This document shows, piece by piece, positions 1 through 8,048 of a DNA stretch of 32,000 nucleotides; position 1 is the stretch's first letter; each line of letters starts with the position of its first letter. Origin of the DNA: Patescibacteria group bacterium (GTDB lineage: Bacteria > Patescibacteriota > Patescibacteriia > 2-01-FULL-39-33); NCBI GenBank assembly GCA_041649575.1, contig JBAZMW010000001.1:210001-242000 (forward strand). The letters are read 5' to 3'. The translations under genes and the position numbers were made by a program. The notes under the pieces are model-generated. The model was not told where the DNA came from, did no database searches, and saw only the letters and a program-made list of their open reading frames with translations.

Positions 1-939
1 CCGGATTTACGGATTGATCTGCCGGCCACTAACGGTTTTTGGGCCAATGAATGGCAGAAAAAAGAAAGCAAGCAATATTTTATGGACGGTCCAAGAGGTG
101 ATAACTGGATGACGGCCCGAAGCGTGCGGGACAGCGGTTTCAGCTTTTGTCCCAGCCCGGATATCAATGTTGATTATGATGGTTACCTGAATTTATTAAA
201 CAACCCTCGTTTCAAGAGCGCTAGCGACCCCCAGGGCTTATTAGTCAGCGGTACGATTAATAAAAATGGCACAGTTAAATTTGACCCGTTTGTCTATTTG
301 CCAGAAACCTTTCTTGATTTAGAACCAAATAGTGGGGGTGACTACCAGTTTGTTTTACTCGATGAAAACAAAAAGGAATTAAGCAAGTCGGGTTTTGATG
401 TTTATTTTTATCAGTATGATCCCGGTGGCGGGCCGCTGGAGGAGACTTCTTTTGCCTACCGGATTGAGTGGAAGGAAGGAACTAGCTTGATAGAATTACG
501 CAACAAAGCCGGTCAGGTTTTGGCTAGCCGGCAGGTATCAAAGAACAAGCCGGAAATCGAAGTGGTTTATCCCAACGGCGGTGAGGTTTTTAAGATTGGC
601 AAAAAAATAGAGCTTAATTGGCAAGCGAGCGATGCCGACGGCGACGAATTGTTTTATTCTTTGGCCGTAAGCTCGGATGGCGGCAAAAGTTGGCTACCCG
701 TGGACATGGATTTGAAAACGACAAGCTATGAACTTAATACCGCCGCTTTAAGGCCGGGCGATTATCTACTTAAAGTCAAGGCCAGTGACGGTGTAAATAC
801 ATCACAGGATGTTTCTGACAAGACTTTTGAAGTTAAGGCTGTAAAAAAAATCAAAAATTTGTATTTTTTGGCTTGGGGCGTGGCGATGCTGATTTTATTG
901 GGGATTTTATGGAAGAAAAAGTTTGTCCGAAAGAAATAG
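1..939 (+). CDS. Cell-envelope/surface protein, 5' end cut by window edge; beta-rich Ig/FN3-like region and C-terminal TM anchor
   Basis: Frame 1 is open from nt 1, with no stop before the ATG at 82. Stop TAG is at 937-939. C-terminus has LYFLAWGVAMLILLGILW followed by KKKFVRKK. A hairpin terminator follows. Confidence 0.6.
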   Translation, partial: PDLRIDLPATNGFWANEWQKKESKQYFMDGPRGDNWMTARSVRDSGFSFCPSPDINVDYDGYLNLLNNPRFKSASDPQGLLVSGTINKNGTVKFDPFVYLPETFLDLEPNSGGDYQFVLLDENKKELSKSGFDVYFYQYDPGGGPLEETSFAYRIEWKEGTSLIELRNKAGQVLASRQVSKNKPEIEVVYPNGGEVFKIGKKIELNWQASDADGDELFYSLAVSSDGGKSWLPVDMDLKTTSYELNTAALRPGDYLLKVKASDGVNTSQDVSDKTFEVKAVKKIKNLYFLAWGVAMLILLGILWKKKFVRKK

Positions 940-944
940 CTTAT

Positions 945-984
945 AATAAAAACACCCCCGATAATTTTCGGGGGTGTTTTTTTA
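945..984. terminator. Bidirectional intrinsic terminator between convergent genes
   Basis: Stem ACACCCCCG (952-960) / CGGGGGTGT (969-977) with an 8-nt loop. T-run at 978-983 on +; A-run at 945-951 gives a T-run on -. Confidence 0.75.
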
Positions 985-994
985 CAAATAAGCT

Positions 995-2068
995 TTAATA
1001 CAGGGGACAAGTTTGAGATAAAATTGGTTTATTGGCGGTAGTGCCGCAATTATTAATATCTAGACAATTCCGGTATCTTTGACCGTCTAAATAGCAGACG
1101 CTCCAGGCAGTGCAGGACCAATTTTCAGTGCAGAGGCAGGCTTGGCTGGTGCTGGGTCGGTAGTAATAAGTGCCGCAGCTGTTGCTGTCGGTACAGGAGC
1201 GGTATTGCTGGCCGCCTTGGCAGACGCCCCAATTATTACAAGTCCAATTTTCAACGCAAGAAAAACAAGATTGGCTTTCCGGAGGTTTATTATCATTTAC
1301 ACCGCAGCGATTACTGTCAGTGCAGGTGCGGTATTGTCTATTGTAAACGCAAGAAGACCAGCTGTTACAGGTCCAGTTAGGATTGCAATGATAATTCAGG
1401 CTGACGCTGATTTTGGTCAGGGCATCTTCGCGGTTGTAGATTGTCGATCCATTGGGGTAGGTCATTGAAGGATCCACGTCGAGAATCACCGATTCGAAAC
1501 GAAAATTATTACTGGTAAAGCCACTGTCGGTCACCAGTCGTTTTTGGCCGTTTTGGATGTAGTAAGTATCAAAAGAATTTTTATAGCGCAGCAGCGTGCC
1601 GTCTGGCAGTTTTTGATTGGAAGTGATATCACAAACGCCGTCATTGTAGTAACTAGATTCAAAGCCGGCGGGAATAACCAAAGCGCGGTTATATTGGTAG
1701 TTGCCATAATGAGCAGGAGCGCGGCAAAGTCTTCCGTTGGGCAGTACGGCGTACATCTTTAGGCTGCTGCCAAACCGCACCAGAGCATAGCCAGGGCGAA
1801 CCGTGACGTTTTTTCCGACAAGCAGCTGGTTAAACTCTGATTCCGAAACGGTGATAACCGACTGGTTTTTCCAAGAGCCGGTATACCAACTGAAGAAAGT
1901 TGATTCGGTCGGAAAGAGATGGCGTCGATCATTGGCATCCACATAATAAACACTGGGGTTGTTGCGGATTTTAATCAGATCACCATCGCTCGGATAATAA
2001 GCCAGTGCCGGCGCGGTGACCAGAACCGACAACGCCATAATGGCTAAAACAAGCAGTTTTTTGGTCAT
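995..2068 (-). CDS. Secreted protein with signal peptide, N-terminal beta-rich repeats and three C-terminal ~42-aa Cys-rich repeats
   Basis: 357-aa ORF. N-terminus MTKKLLVLAIMALSVLVTAPALA. C-terminal repeats follow C-x2-NW-[ST]-C-x2-W-x2-C...YR-x-C-x-D-x-N-x-CG...Q-x-C, three times. No SD upstream, like the other native genes. Confidence 0.75.
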   Translation of the reverse strand: MTKKLLVLAIMALSVLVTAPALAYYPSDGDLIKIRNNPSVYYVDANDRRHLFPTESTFFSWYTGSWKNQSVITVSESEFNQLLVGKNVTVRPGYALVRFGSSLKMYAVLPNGRLCRAPAHYGNYQYNRALVIPAGFESSYYNDGVCDITSNQKLPDGTLLRYKNSFDTYYIQNGQKRLVTDSGFTSNNFRFESVILDVDPSMTYPNGSTIYNREDALTKISVSLNYHCNPNWTCNSWSSCVYNRQYRTCTDSNRCGVNDNKPPESQSCFSCVENWTCNNWGVCQGGQQYRSCTDSNSCGTYYYRPSTSQACLCTENWSCTAWSVCYLDGQRYRNCLDINNCGTTANKPILSQTCPLY

Positions 2069-2101
2069 AGTTTTTAATCAAGGTAGTTAAAAGTTGTTAG
2101 A

Positions 2102-2130
2102 AACTTAACAAAAAACAACCGGCTTGTCAA
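2102..2130 (-). promoter_or_regulatory. Sigma70-type promoter for the 995..2068 gene
   Basis: Read on the minus strand: TTGACA (2130-2125), 17-nt spacer, TAAGTT (2107-2102). Confidence 0.5.
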
Positions 2131-2226
2131 TTAGAAAAATTGGTTGTTGGCAGCGGCAGAAAGTTTGAGCCAAACGGTTGTTTTCCTTTCTAATTTTGCT
2201 ATACTTAAATTCAGTTAAGTGTTTTT

Positions 2227-3591
2227 ATGAAAATTTCTTTTTACGGCGCCTGCCGCGAGGTCACCGGCTCGTGTATTTTGGTGGTAACAACCAAAAATAA
2301 ATTTTTGGTTGACTGTGGTATTTTTCAGGGCGAAAAATTTGCTATGGCAAAAAATTTTGAACCGTTTGAATTCGACGCCAGTTCGATAGATTTTGTGCTA
2401 CTGACTCATGCGCATCTAGATCATTGCGGCCGGCTGCCCAAGCTGGTCAAGGCGGGATTTAAGGGAAAAATATATTGCAGCGAACCAACCAAGGATTTGA
2501 CCGAAATTATTTTAGAAGATTCGGCCAGAGTGATCCAGGAAGAGGCAAGACGGCACCAGCACCAGCCGCTTTATCTGGCCAAAGATGTTTTGAGAGTTAA
2601 ACCGTTTTTATCGCCCTTAGCCTATGGCCAAAAGATTAAAATTAATTCTAATACTAGTATTAGAATTTTAGATGCCGGGCACATTTTGGGTTCGGCAATT
2701 TTTGAAGTTTGGCTTAAAGAGAAAGATGGAGAAAAGAAGCTGGTTTTTTCCGGTGACTTGGGCAACCCACCGGCGCCGATAGTGAGAGACACGGAATTTG
2801 TCTCAGGCGCTGATTTGGTGGTTGTCGAGTCAACTTATGGCGGCAGGACCCACGAGTCGCCGGAACTACGACGACAACTCCTGCAACAAGCGGTTAAGGA
2901 TTCTGTCGGTCGGGGAGGGGCGCTCTTAATCCCGGCTTTCGCCCTTGAAAGAACGCAGGAAGTTTTGTACGAATTAAATTTTTTGGTGGAAAACAAAATG
3001 GTGCCGGCGGTGCCGATTTTTGTCGACAGCCCTTTGGCCATCAAGGTCACTAGTATTTATAAAAAGTACGCCTCGTTTTATGATCAGGAGTCGAGAAAGC
3101 TGATTGAGGCTGGTGATGATTTGTTTAATTTTCCAGGCTTGGTTTATACGCCGACAGTGGAAGAATCGAAAAAGATTAATATTACACCGGCGCCAAAAGT
3201 GATTTTGGCCGGCAACGGCATGGCTAACGGCGGCCGCATTCCCTACCACTTGAAACTAAATCTGGACAATCCTAACAACCAGCTGTTGATTATTGCCTAT
3301 CAGGTGGCCGGATCCTTGGGCAGGCAGCTCTTGGATGGCGCAGAAAAAGTGATTATCGACGGGGCAGAAGTAAGAGTCAGAGCTAAAGTGACGGCCATTG
3401 GTTCTTATTCTTCCCATGCCGACGGGCCCACCCTGCTGCATTGGCTGGAAAAAATAAAGCAGCCGAAACCCAGGCAGATTTTTGTAGTGCATGGCGAAAA
3501 AGAGTCAAACTTCATGTTGGCCGACAAAATCAAAGAAAAATTAGGAATTTCGGCGACGGTTCCCGAGCCCGGCCGAATTTATGAAATTTAA
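2227..3591 (+). CDS. MBL-fold beta-CASP RNA-metabolising hydrolase (RNase J / CPSF-like family)
   Basis: 454 aa. HxHxDH motif (LTHAHLDHCG), later DAGH, ESTYG, SSHAD and VHGE motifs typical of beta-CASP nucleases. TGCTATACT extended -10 lies upstream (about 2198-2206). Confidence 0.85.
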   Translation: MKISFYGACREVTGSCILVVTTKNKFLVDCGIFQGEKFAMAKNFEPFEFDASSIDFVLLTHAHLDHCGRLPKLVKAGFKGKIYCSEPTKDLTEIILEDSARVIQEEARRHQHQPLYLAKDVLRVKPFLSPLAYGQKIKINSNTSIRILDAGHILGSAIFEVWLKEKDGEKKLVFSGDLGNPPAPIVRDTEFVSGADLVVVESTYGGRTHESPELRRQLLQQAVKDSVGRGGALLIPAFALERTQEVLYELNFLVENKMVPAVPIFVDSPLAIKVTSIYKKYASFYDQESRKLIEAGDDLFNFPGLVYTPTVEESKKINITPAPKVILAGNGMANGGRIPYHLKLNLDNPNNQLLIIAYQVAGSLGRQLLDGAEKVIIDGAEVRVRAKVTAIGSYSSHADGPTLLHWLEKIKQPKPRQIFVVHGEKESNFMLADKIKEKLGISATVPEPGRIYEI

Positions 3592-3655
3592 AAACCGCTT
3601 GCCTATTAATCATCAAAGTTATAAAATAAGAAAAAGATAATTAACAAACAACAAT

Positions 3656-4414
3656 ATGGAAAATTTCAAATCACCCAAGGCGATTATAGCCCTTTTGGCG
3701 TTAATCGCCATTACGGCGGTAGTTATCATTTCGATTTTAAGAGATAGAATCGTTAACCAGCAGCCTTGGCAGGTGGCGGTCGTCGGCCAAGGCAAGGTGG
3801 CTTATCAGCCGGACATTGCCGATGTCACTTTGGGGGTACAAATAGACAAGGTGGCCAAGGCGGAAAACGCCCTAAATCAGTTGAATGACAAAGTTAATAA
3901 AATTATCGCGGCCGTAAAGGCGGCCGGCATTCCGCCGGAAGATATTCAGACTCAAAATTATTCTCTTTATCCGCAATATGATTCGCCAGACAATGTCATG
4001 AGTCTATCGGGGTACAATGCCAATCAGCAGCTATTAATAAAAGTCAGGGGCATAGACAAGGAACCAGAGAGGGTCAGTAAGGTGGTGGCGGAAGCCACTA
4101 AGGCCGGAGTCAATCAAGTGGTGGGAGTAAGTTTTGATGTCTCTAATTTGGAAGAATTAAAGCAACAGGCGAGAATCAAGGCCATAGGCGATGCGCAAAT
4201 CAAGGCCAGCAGTCTGGCCGCGGCGGCCAGAGTGAGATTGGGCAAGGTTATTGGTTGGTGGGAAAATATAATTCAAGCGCCAGGAATAGGTAATGCTTAT
4301 TATGGTGATAAGGGAGGCATGGGAGGCGGACTGGGCACGGGAGCGACGTCTTCATTGCCGACCGGCAGTCAAGAAGTTATTTTAGAAATCAACCTTAATT
4401 ATCAGGTTAGATAA
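3656..4414 (+). CDS. SIMPL (DUF541) domain protein with N-terminal membrane anchor
   Basis: 252 aa. N-terminal TM segment AIIALLALIAITAVVIISIL. Body resembles 26-kDa periplasmic immunogenic/SIMPL family proteins, recognised from memory. Confidence 0.75.
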   Translation: MENFKSPKAIIALLALIAITAVVIISILRDRIVNQQPWQVAVVGQGKVAYQPDIADVTLGVQIDKVAKAENALNQLNDKVNKIIAAVKAAGIPPEDIQTQNYSLYPQYDSPDNVMSLSGYNANQQLLIKVRGIDKEPERVSKVVAEATKAGVNQVVGVSFDVSNLEELKQQARIKAIGDAQIKASSLAAAARVRLGKVIGWWENIIQAPGIGNAYYGDKGGMGGGLGTGATSSLPTGSQEVILEINLNYQVR

Positions 4415-4440
4415 ATTGTATAAAAAAGTTATTAAAAATG

Positions 4441-4466
4441 ACTCCGTTAAAACGGAGTTATTTTTT
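4441..4466 (+). terminator. Intrinsic terminator after the SIMPL gene
   Basis: ACTCCGT (4441-4447), loop TAAA, ACGGAGT (4452-4458), then TATTTTTT. Confidence 0.75.
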
Positions 4467-4493
4467 GACAAAATTAATAAAAAATGTAAAAAT
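4465..4493 (+). promoter_or_regulatory. Promoter of the tRNA cluster
   Basis: TTGACA (4465-4470), then a 16-17-nt spacer ending in TGT, then TAAAAA/AAAAAT (4487-4493). The tRNA-like sequence begins about 11 nt downstream. Confidence 0.55.
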
Positions 4494-4504
4494 ATCAGAT
4501 AAAT

Positions 4505-4539
4505 GGGCTTATGGTCTAGTGGTATGACGCCACATTCGT
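4505..4539 (+). other. tRNA 5'-half-like leader (acceptor strand, D-arm, 5' side of an anticodon arm with CGT); no matching 3' half found
   Basis: GGGCTTA-TG-GTCT-AGTGGTA-TGAC-G-CCACA-TTCGT. The D-arm has G18G19. No TGTGG strand and no T-stem could be found. See findings. Confidence 0.35.
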
Positions 4540-4551
4540 CCCGCCCCTTTT

Positions 4552-4625
4552 GGGCTCGTAGCTCAGTTGGCTAGAGCGCCGCATTCGCATTGCGGAGGTC
4601 AGGGGTCCGACTCCCCTCGAGTCCA
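4552..4625 (+). tRNA. tRNA-Ala (anticodon CGC)
   Basis: Acceptor GGGCTCG/CGAGTCC includes the G3:U70 identity pair. D-arm GCTC/AGTTGGCTA/GAGC. Anticodon arm CCGCA-TTCGCAT-TGCGG. T-arm AGGGG-TCCGACT-CCCCT. Discriminator A. No encoded CCA. Confidence 0.85.
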
Positions 4626-4649
4626 AAAGGAGCGGGATGGAGGCGGCAG

Positions 4650-4669
4650 CCTGCCTGCCGGCAGGCAGG
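4650..4669. repeat. Perfect 20-nt palindrome CCTGCCTGCCGGCAGGCAGG
   Basis: Read directly from the sequence; self-complementary over all 20 nt. Lies between tRNA-Ala and tRNA-Val. Confidence 0.85.
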
Positions 4670-4693
4670 TTTGATTCGGTCTAGATCCAATTG

Positions 4694-4767
<74 letters not shown>

Positions 4768-4782
4768 ATGATTATTTTTTTC

Positions 4783-5730
4783 ATGTTTAAGCGACATTCA
4801 AAAATTTTTTATTTTATTTTTTTTCTGGCCGGGGTAGCGGTTTTTTTATTATTGGCCAGCCCGAGTCTGTCCTCAAAAGTCAAGCCGTTTTTTGTAAAGC
4901 CAGCCGTTGAAAAATCAGCTGATAGCTTGGAAGGCAGGGAAACGGAGAGCGCGGAAATATCAAAGATTTTTGGGGCGGCTATTAACACGGCCACTACCAC
5001 AGCCACCACTCATAGTCAAGCTCGATCGTTTAGTGAAACAAAAACAGCAAAAAAAATATCTCTGGAGTTGCCCATCCTCATCTATCATCATATCGACAAA
5101 CTACCACAGAAAACTGCTTACCCGGGTTTGTTCAATGATCCGGCTGTTTTTGAGCAACAGTTGATTGCTTTGAAAAATGATGGTTACCAAACGATTTTTT
5201 TGAAAGACCTGGCCGAAGCGTTGACAGGCAAAAAACAGCTGCCAGTCAAGTCATTAGCCTTGACTTTTGATGATGGTTATGAAGATTTTTATCAGCAGGC
5301 TTTTCCTTTGCTGAAAAAATATGACAGCAGGGCCACCGTTTTCGTAATTGTTGATTCTTTGAATACTCCCGGGTATTTGACAACAAAACAGCTAAAAGAA
5401 ATGTCGGCCAGCGGCTTGGTGAAAATCGGTTCGCACACCTTGAGCCATATTAATTTGAAAATAGCTTCTGATCAGCAGATCAGAGAAGAAATTGTAAACA
5501 GCAAAAAGAAGTTAGAAAAGATTTTGGGTCAGGCGGTCGATGATTTCGCCTATCCTTACGGTTTTTTTAACGGCCGCGATGAGCAAACCGTTAGAGAGGC
5601 TGGTTATTCCTCGGCCGTGTCCACCAGGATCGGAAAATATCAGAGCCAAAATGATATTTTTTCTCTGCGGCGTCTGCGACCGGGCAATAGGGTGGCCAGC
5701 GGATTATTAGATTTTTTAAAAGCTTTTTAA
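4783..5730 (+). CDS. Polysaccharide deacetylase (NodB homology domain) with N-terminal TM anchor
   Basis: LTFDDGYEDFY, GSHTLSH and AYPYG motifs. The ORF track starts at 4768, immediately after the tRNA, so I prefer the second ATG at 4783 (MFKRHSK...). The start is uncertain. Confidence 0.8.
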   Translation: MFKRHSKIFYFIFFLAGVAVFLLLASPSLSSKVKPFFVKPAVEKSADSLEGRETESAEISKIFGAAINTATTTATTHSQARSFSETKTAKKISLELPILIYHHIDKLPQKTAYPGLFNDPAVFEQQLIALKNDGYQTIFLKDLAEALTGKKQLPVKSLALTFDDGYEDFYQQAFPLLKKYDSRATVFVIVDSLNTPGYLTTKQLKEMSASGLVKIGSHTLSHINLKIASDQQIREEIVNSKKKLEKILGQAVDDFAYPYGFFNGRDEQTVREAGYSSAVSTRIGKYQSQNDIFSLRRLRPGNRVASGLLDFLKAF

Positions 5731-5858
5731 TTCTTATGAAAAATCATGCTAAAGTCGGCGGGCGCAAAGGTCTGCCGGGATACCGGACACCTTCGAGCTT
5801 TAGGTTTCGTAAAGACTTAGCAGTAAAAAGCTTGAAAGCTTTTAAAAGGGTTAAATAG

Positions 5859-5887
5859 TTGTCAGGAGGCACAGAGTTTGTTATACT
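5859..5887 (+). promoter_or_regulatory. Candidate promoter upstream of uvrB (implies a long structured leader)
   Basis: TTGTCA (5859-5864), 17-nt spacer, TATACT (5882-5887). Confidence 0.4.
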
Positions 5888-5944
5888 AGTCCCTAGCCGA
5901 CCAAAGCACGGTGATTTTTGCGTATATTTGCGTATATAAGTTAT

Positions 5945-6123
5945 TTTTTCTTTTCTAGGAAAAGAAAAAGCTAACAAAAAGAAAAGTCGCGAGCTAGATG
6001 AAAATTTGGCGCTTCAAGTCAAAATCCTAACAAAATTTTATAACTCCTCGCTTCGCTCGTCAAACAGATGAAACTTAGTAACGAATTTTGACTTACGCTT
6101 ATCCCAAATTTTCATAGGCTCGC
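5945..6123. repeat. Composite hairpin element, copy 1: 11-bp A/T-G hairpin plus ~135-nt GCGAGC...GCTCGC inverted-repeat module
   Basis: TTTTTCTTTTC-TAG-GAAAAGAAAAA (5945-5969). GTCGCGAGC at 5987-5994 pairs with GCTCGC at 6118-6123. The arms GATGAAAATTTGG..AAGTCAAAAT and ATTTTGACTT..CCAAATTTTCAT are complementary. It is related to 20143-20333 in the opposite orientation. Confidence 0.7.
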
Positions 6124-6147
6124 AAAATAAGAAAACAATTTTTAATA

Positions 6148-7986
6148 ATGTCAGGAAAATTATTTAAATTAAAATCTAAATTTGCCCCAGCGGGCGATCA
6201 GCCTCAAGCGATTGAGAAGCTTTGGCATGGCCTTGAGAAAGGGGATGCTTTTCAAACGCTGCTGGGCGTTACGGGGTCAGGCAAAACTTTTACCATGGCC
6301 AATTTGATAGCCCGACTAGATCGTCCAGTACTAGTGATGGCGCCGAACAAGGCTTTGGCGGCCCAGCTTTATCGCGAGTATAAAAATTTTTTTCCGGAAA
6401 ACAGTGTTAATTATTTTGTGTCTTACTATGATTATTATCAGCCGGAAGCGTACCTGCCGACGACTGATACTTATATCGACAAAGAAGCGATGATTAATGA
6501 AGAGATAGATCGTTTGCGGCACCAGGCCACTTCGGCTTTGTTGTCGCGACGGGATGTGATCGTGGTGGCCTCGGTTTCCTGTATTTACAACCTGGGTCTG
6601 CCGGAAAGCTATTTGGAGTCGCGTCTGCATTTGACGGTCGGCCAGCCGATTGTTCGCGCCGATCTGATTCGCCAACTGGTCAAAATCCAGTTTACCCGGA
6701 CTCCTGGTGAGCTGAAACGCGGGACTTTTAGGGTGCGCGGTGATGTTTTTGAGATTATGCCGGCAGCGGCGCAGGTGGTTTACAGAGTAGAATTAGCGGA
6801 GCAAAAAATAAAAGAAATTCACATTATCAATCAATTGACAAGAAAAAGATTGGCAAGTTTGTTCGAGCTTGTTGTTTTTCCGCCCAAACACTTTGTTTCT
6901 TCCAAGCCGGAAATCGAAAGAGCCATTAAAGATATTAAATTAGAATTGAAAGACAGATTGAAATACTTTAATAAAAAAAATTTATATTTGGAGACGGAGC
7001 GACTAGAGCGGCGCACTCGTTATGATATGGAAATGTTGAAAAGTATCGGTTATTGCCATGGCATCGAGAATTATTCGCGTCATTTGACTGGCAAACTGTC
7101 GGGTGAAGCGCCGGAGACATTACTAGCCTATTTTCCTAAAGATAAGAAAGGCCAGCCAGACTTTTTGACTATTATGGATGAATCACATATCGGCTTACCG
7201 CAAGTGCGAGGCATGTACGCTGGCGATCGAAGTAGAAAAGAAGTTTTAGCGCAGTATGGTTGGCGATTGCCCTCCGCTTTGGATAATCGGCCACTGACTT
7301 TTGACGAGTTTTTGCGGCGTATTGGCCAAACTATTTTTACTTCAGCGACTCCGGGTGATTGGGAAATTAAGCATTCGACTCAAGTGGCGGAGCAGGTGAT
7401 TCGGCCGACCGGACTAATTGATCCGCCAGTAGAGGTAAGGCCGGTTTTTGACAAAAAGAATAATTACAGTCAGGTTGATGATGTGATTAAAGAAGCTAGA
7501 AAAATAGTAAAGCAGGGTGAGCGGGCGATTATTAATACTTTAACTAAGAAGCAAGCTGAGGATTTGGATAATTATTTGCGCGGCAAGGGAATCAAATCCG
7601 ATTACTTGCACAGCGACATTAATACGATCCAGCGCACCGAAATTCTAATGAATTTCCGCAAAGGCAGGTTCGATGTTTTAATCGGCGTCAATTTGCTCCG
7701 GGAAGGCCTGGATTTGCCGGAAGTGACTTTAGTGGCTATTTTGGATGCGGATAGGGAAGGATTTTTGCGCAGCGAGGTATCGCTAATGCAAACCATGGGT
7801 CGGGCGGCCAGAAATGTCACCGGCAAGGTAATTTTGTATGCTGATAATCTGACCGGTTCGATTAGAAGGGCGATAAAAGAGGTAGCCAGAAGGCGTAAAT
7901 TACAAATGGAATACAACAAGCAACACGGCATTCGGCCGGAGACAATTATCAAAGAGATTGAAAATTTTTTGGATATTGAAAATTAA
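6148..7986 (+). CDS. uvrB: Excinuclease ABC subunit B (short form lacking the C-terminal UVR domain)
   Basis: 612 aa. GVTGSGKT Walker A, DESH box and helicase motifs. Ends at ...YNKQHGIRPETIIKEIENFLDIEN, without the roughly 60-aa C-terminal tail of E. coli UvrB. Confidence 0.95.
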   Translation: MSGKLFKLKSKFAPAGDQPQAIEKLWHGLEKGDAFQTLLGVTGSGKTFTMANLIARLDRPVLVMAPNKALAAQLYREYKNFFPENSVNYFVSYYDYYQPEAYLPTTDTYIDKEAMINEEIDRLRHQATSALLSRRDVIVVASVSCIYNLGLPESYLESRLHLTVGQPIVRADLIRQLVKIQFTRTPGELKRGTFRVRGDVFEIMPAAAQVVYRVELAEQKIKEIHIINQLTRKRLASLFELVVFPPKHFVSSKPEIERAIKDIKLELKDRLKYFNKKNLYLETERLERRTRYDMEMLKSIGYCHGIENYSRHLTGKLSGEAPETLLAYFPKDKKGQPDFLTIMDESHIGLPQVRGMYAGDRSRKEVLAQYGWRLPSALDNRPLTFDEFLRRIGQTIFTSATPGDWEIKHSTQVAEQVIRPTGLIDPPVEVRPVFDKKNNYSQVDDVIKEARKIVKQGERAIINTLTKKQAEDLDNYLRGKGIKSDYLHSDINTIQRTEILMNFRKGRFDVLIGVNLLREGLDLPEVTLVAILDADREGFLRSEVSLMQTMGRAARNVTGKVILYADNLTGSIRRAIKEVARRRKLQMEYNKQHGIRPETIIKEIENFLDIEN

Positions 7987-8011
7987 AACCCGCAGGCTGG
8001 AGTGCTTGCGG
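7978..8011 (-). terminator. Minus-strand intrinsic terminator abutting the uvrB stop codon
   Basis: On the minus strand: CCGCAAGC-ACTCCA-GCCTGCGG (8011-7990), then GTTTTAATTTT (7989-7979). The T-tract overlaps the uvrB stop. Confidence 0.6.
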
Positions 8012-8048
8012 TGTTAGAGAACAGGGGGGGGGATGTGCTGCTAGCGGG

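Noticed and set aside
4505-4689. Calling an intron-containing tRNA-Thr(CGU) with tRNA-Ala inside its intron
   Set aside because: The 5' half and an acceptor-like 3' strand exist. However, no complement to the anticodon-stem strand CCACA and no T-stem can be formed. It is reported as an anomaly, not as a tRNA gene.
5744-5977. Minus-strand 77-aa ORF in the deacetylase-uvrB spacer
   Set aside because: No SD or promoter was found for it. It runs into the poly-purine/pyrimidine hairpin of the repeat element. I also tested the local GGTCTGCCGG-GATA-CCGGACACC hairpin as an SRP-RNA-like helix, but the GNRA loop and AGCA motif are absent.
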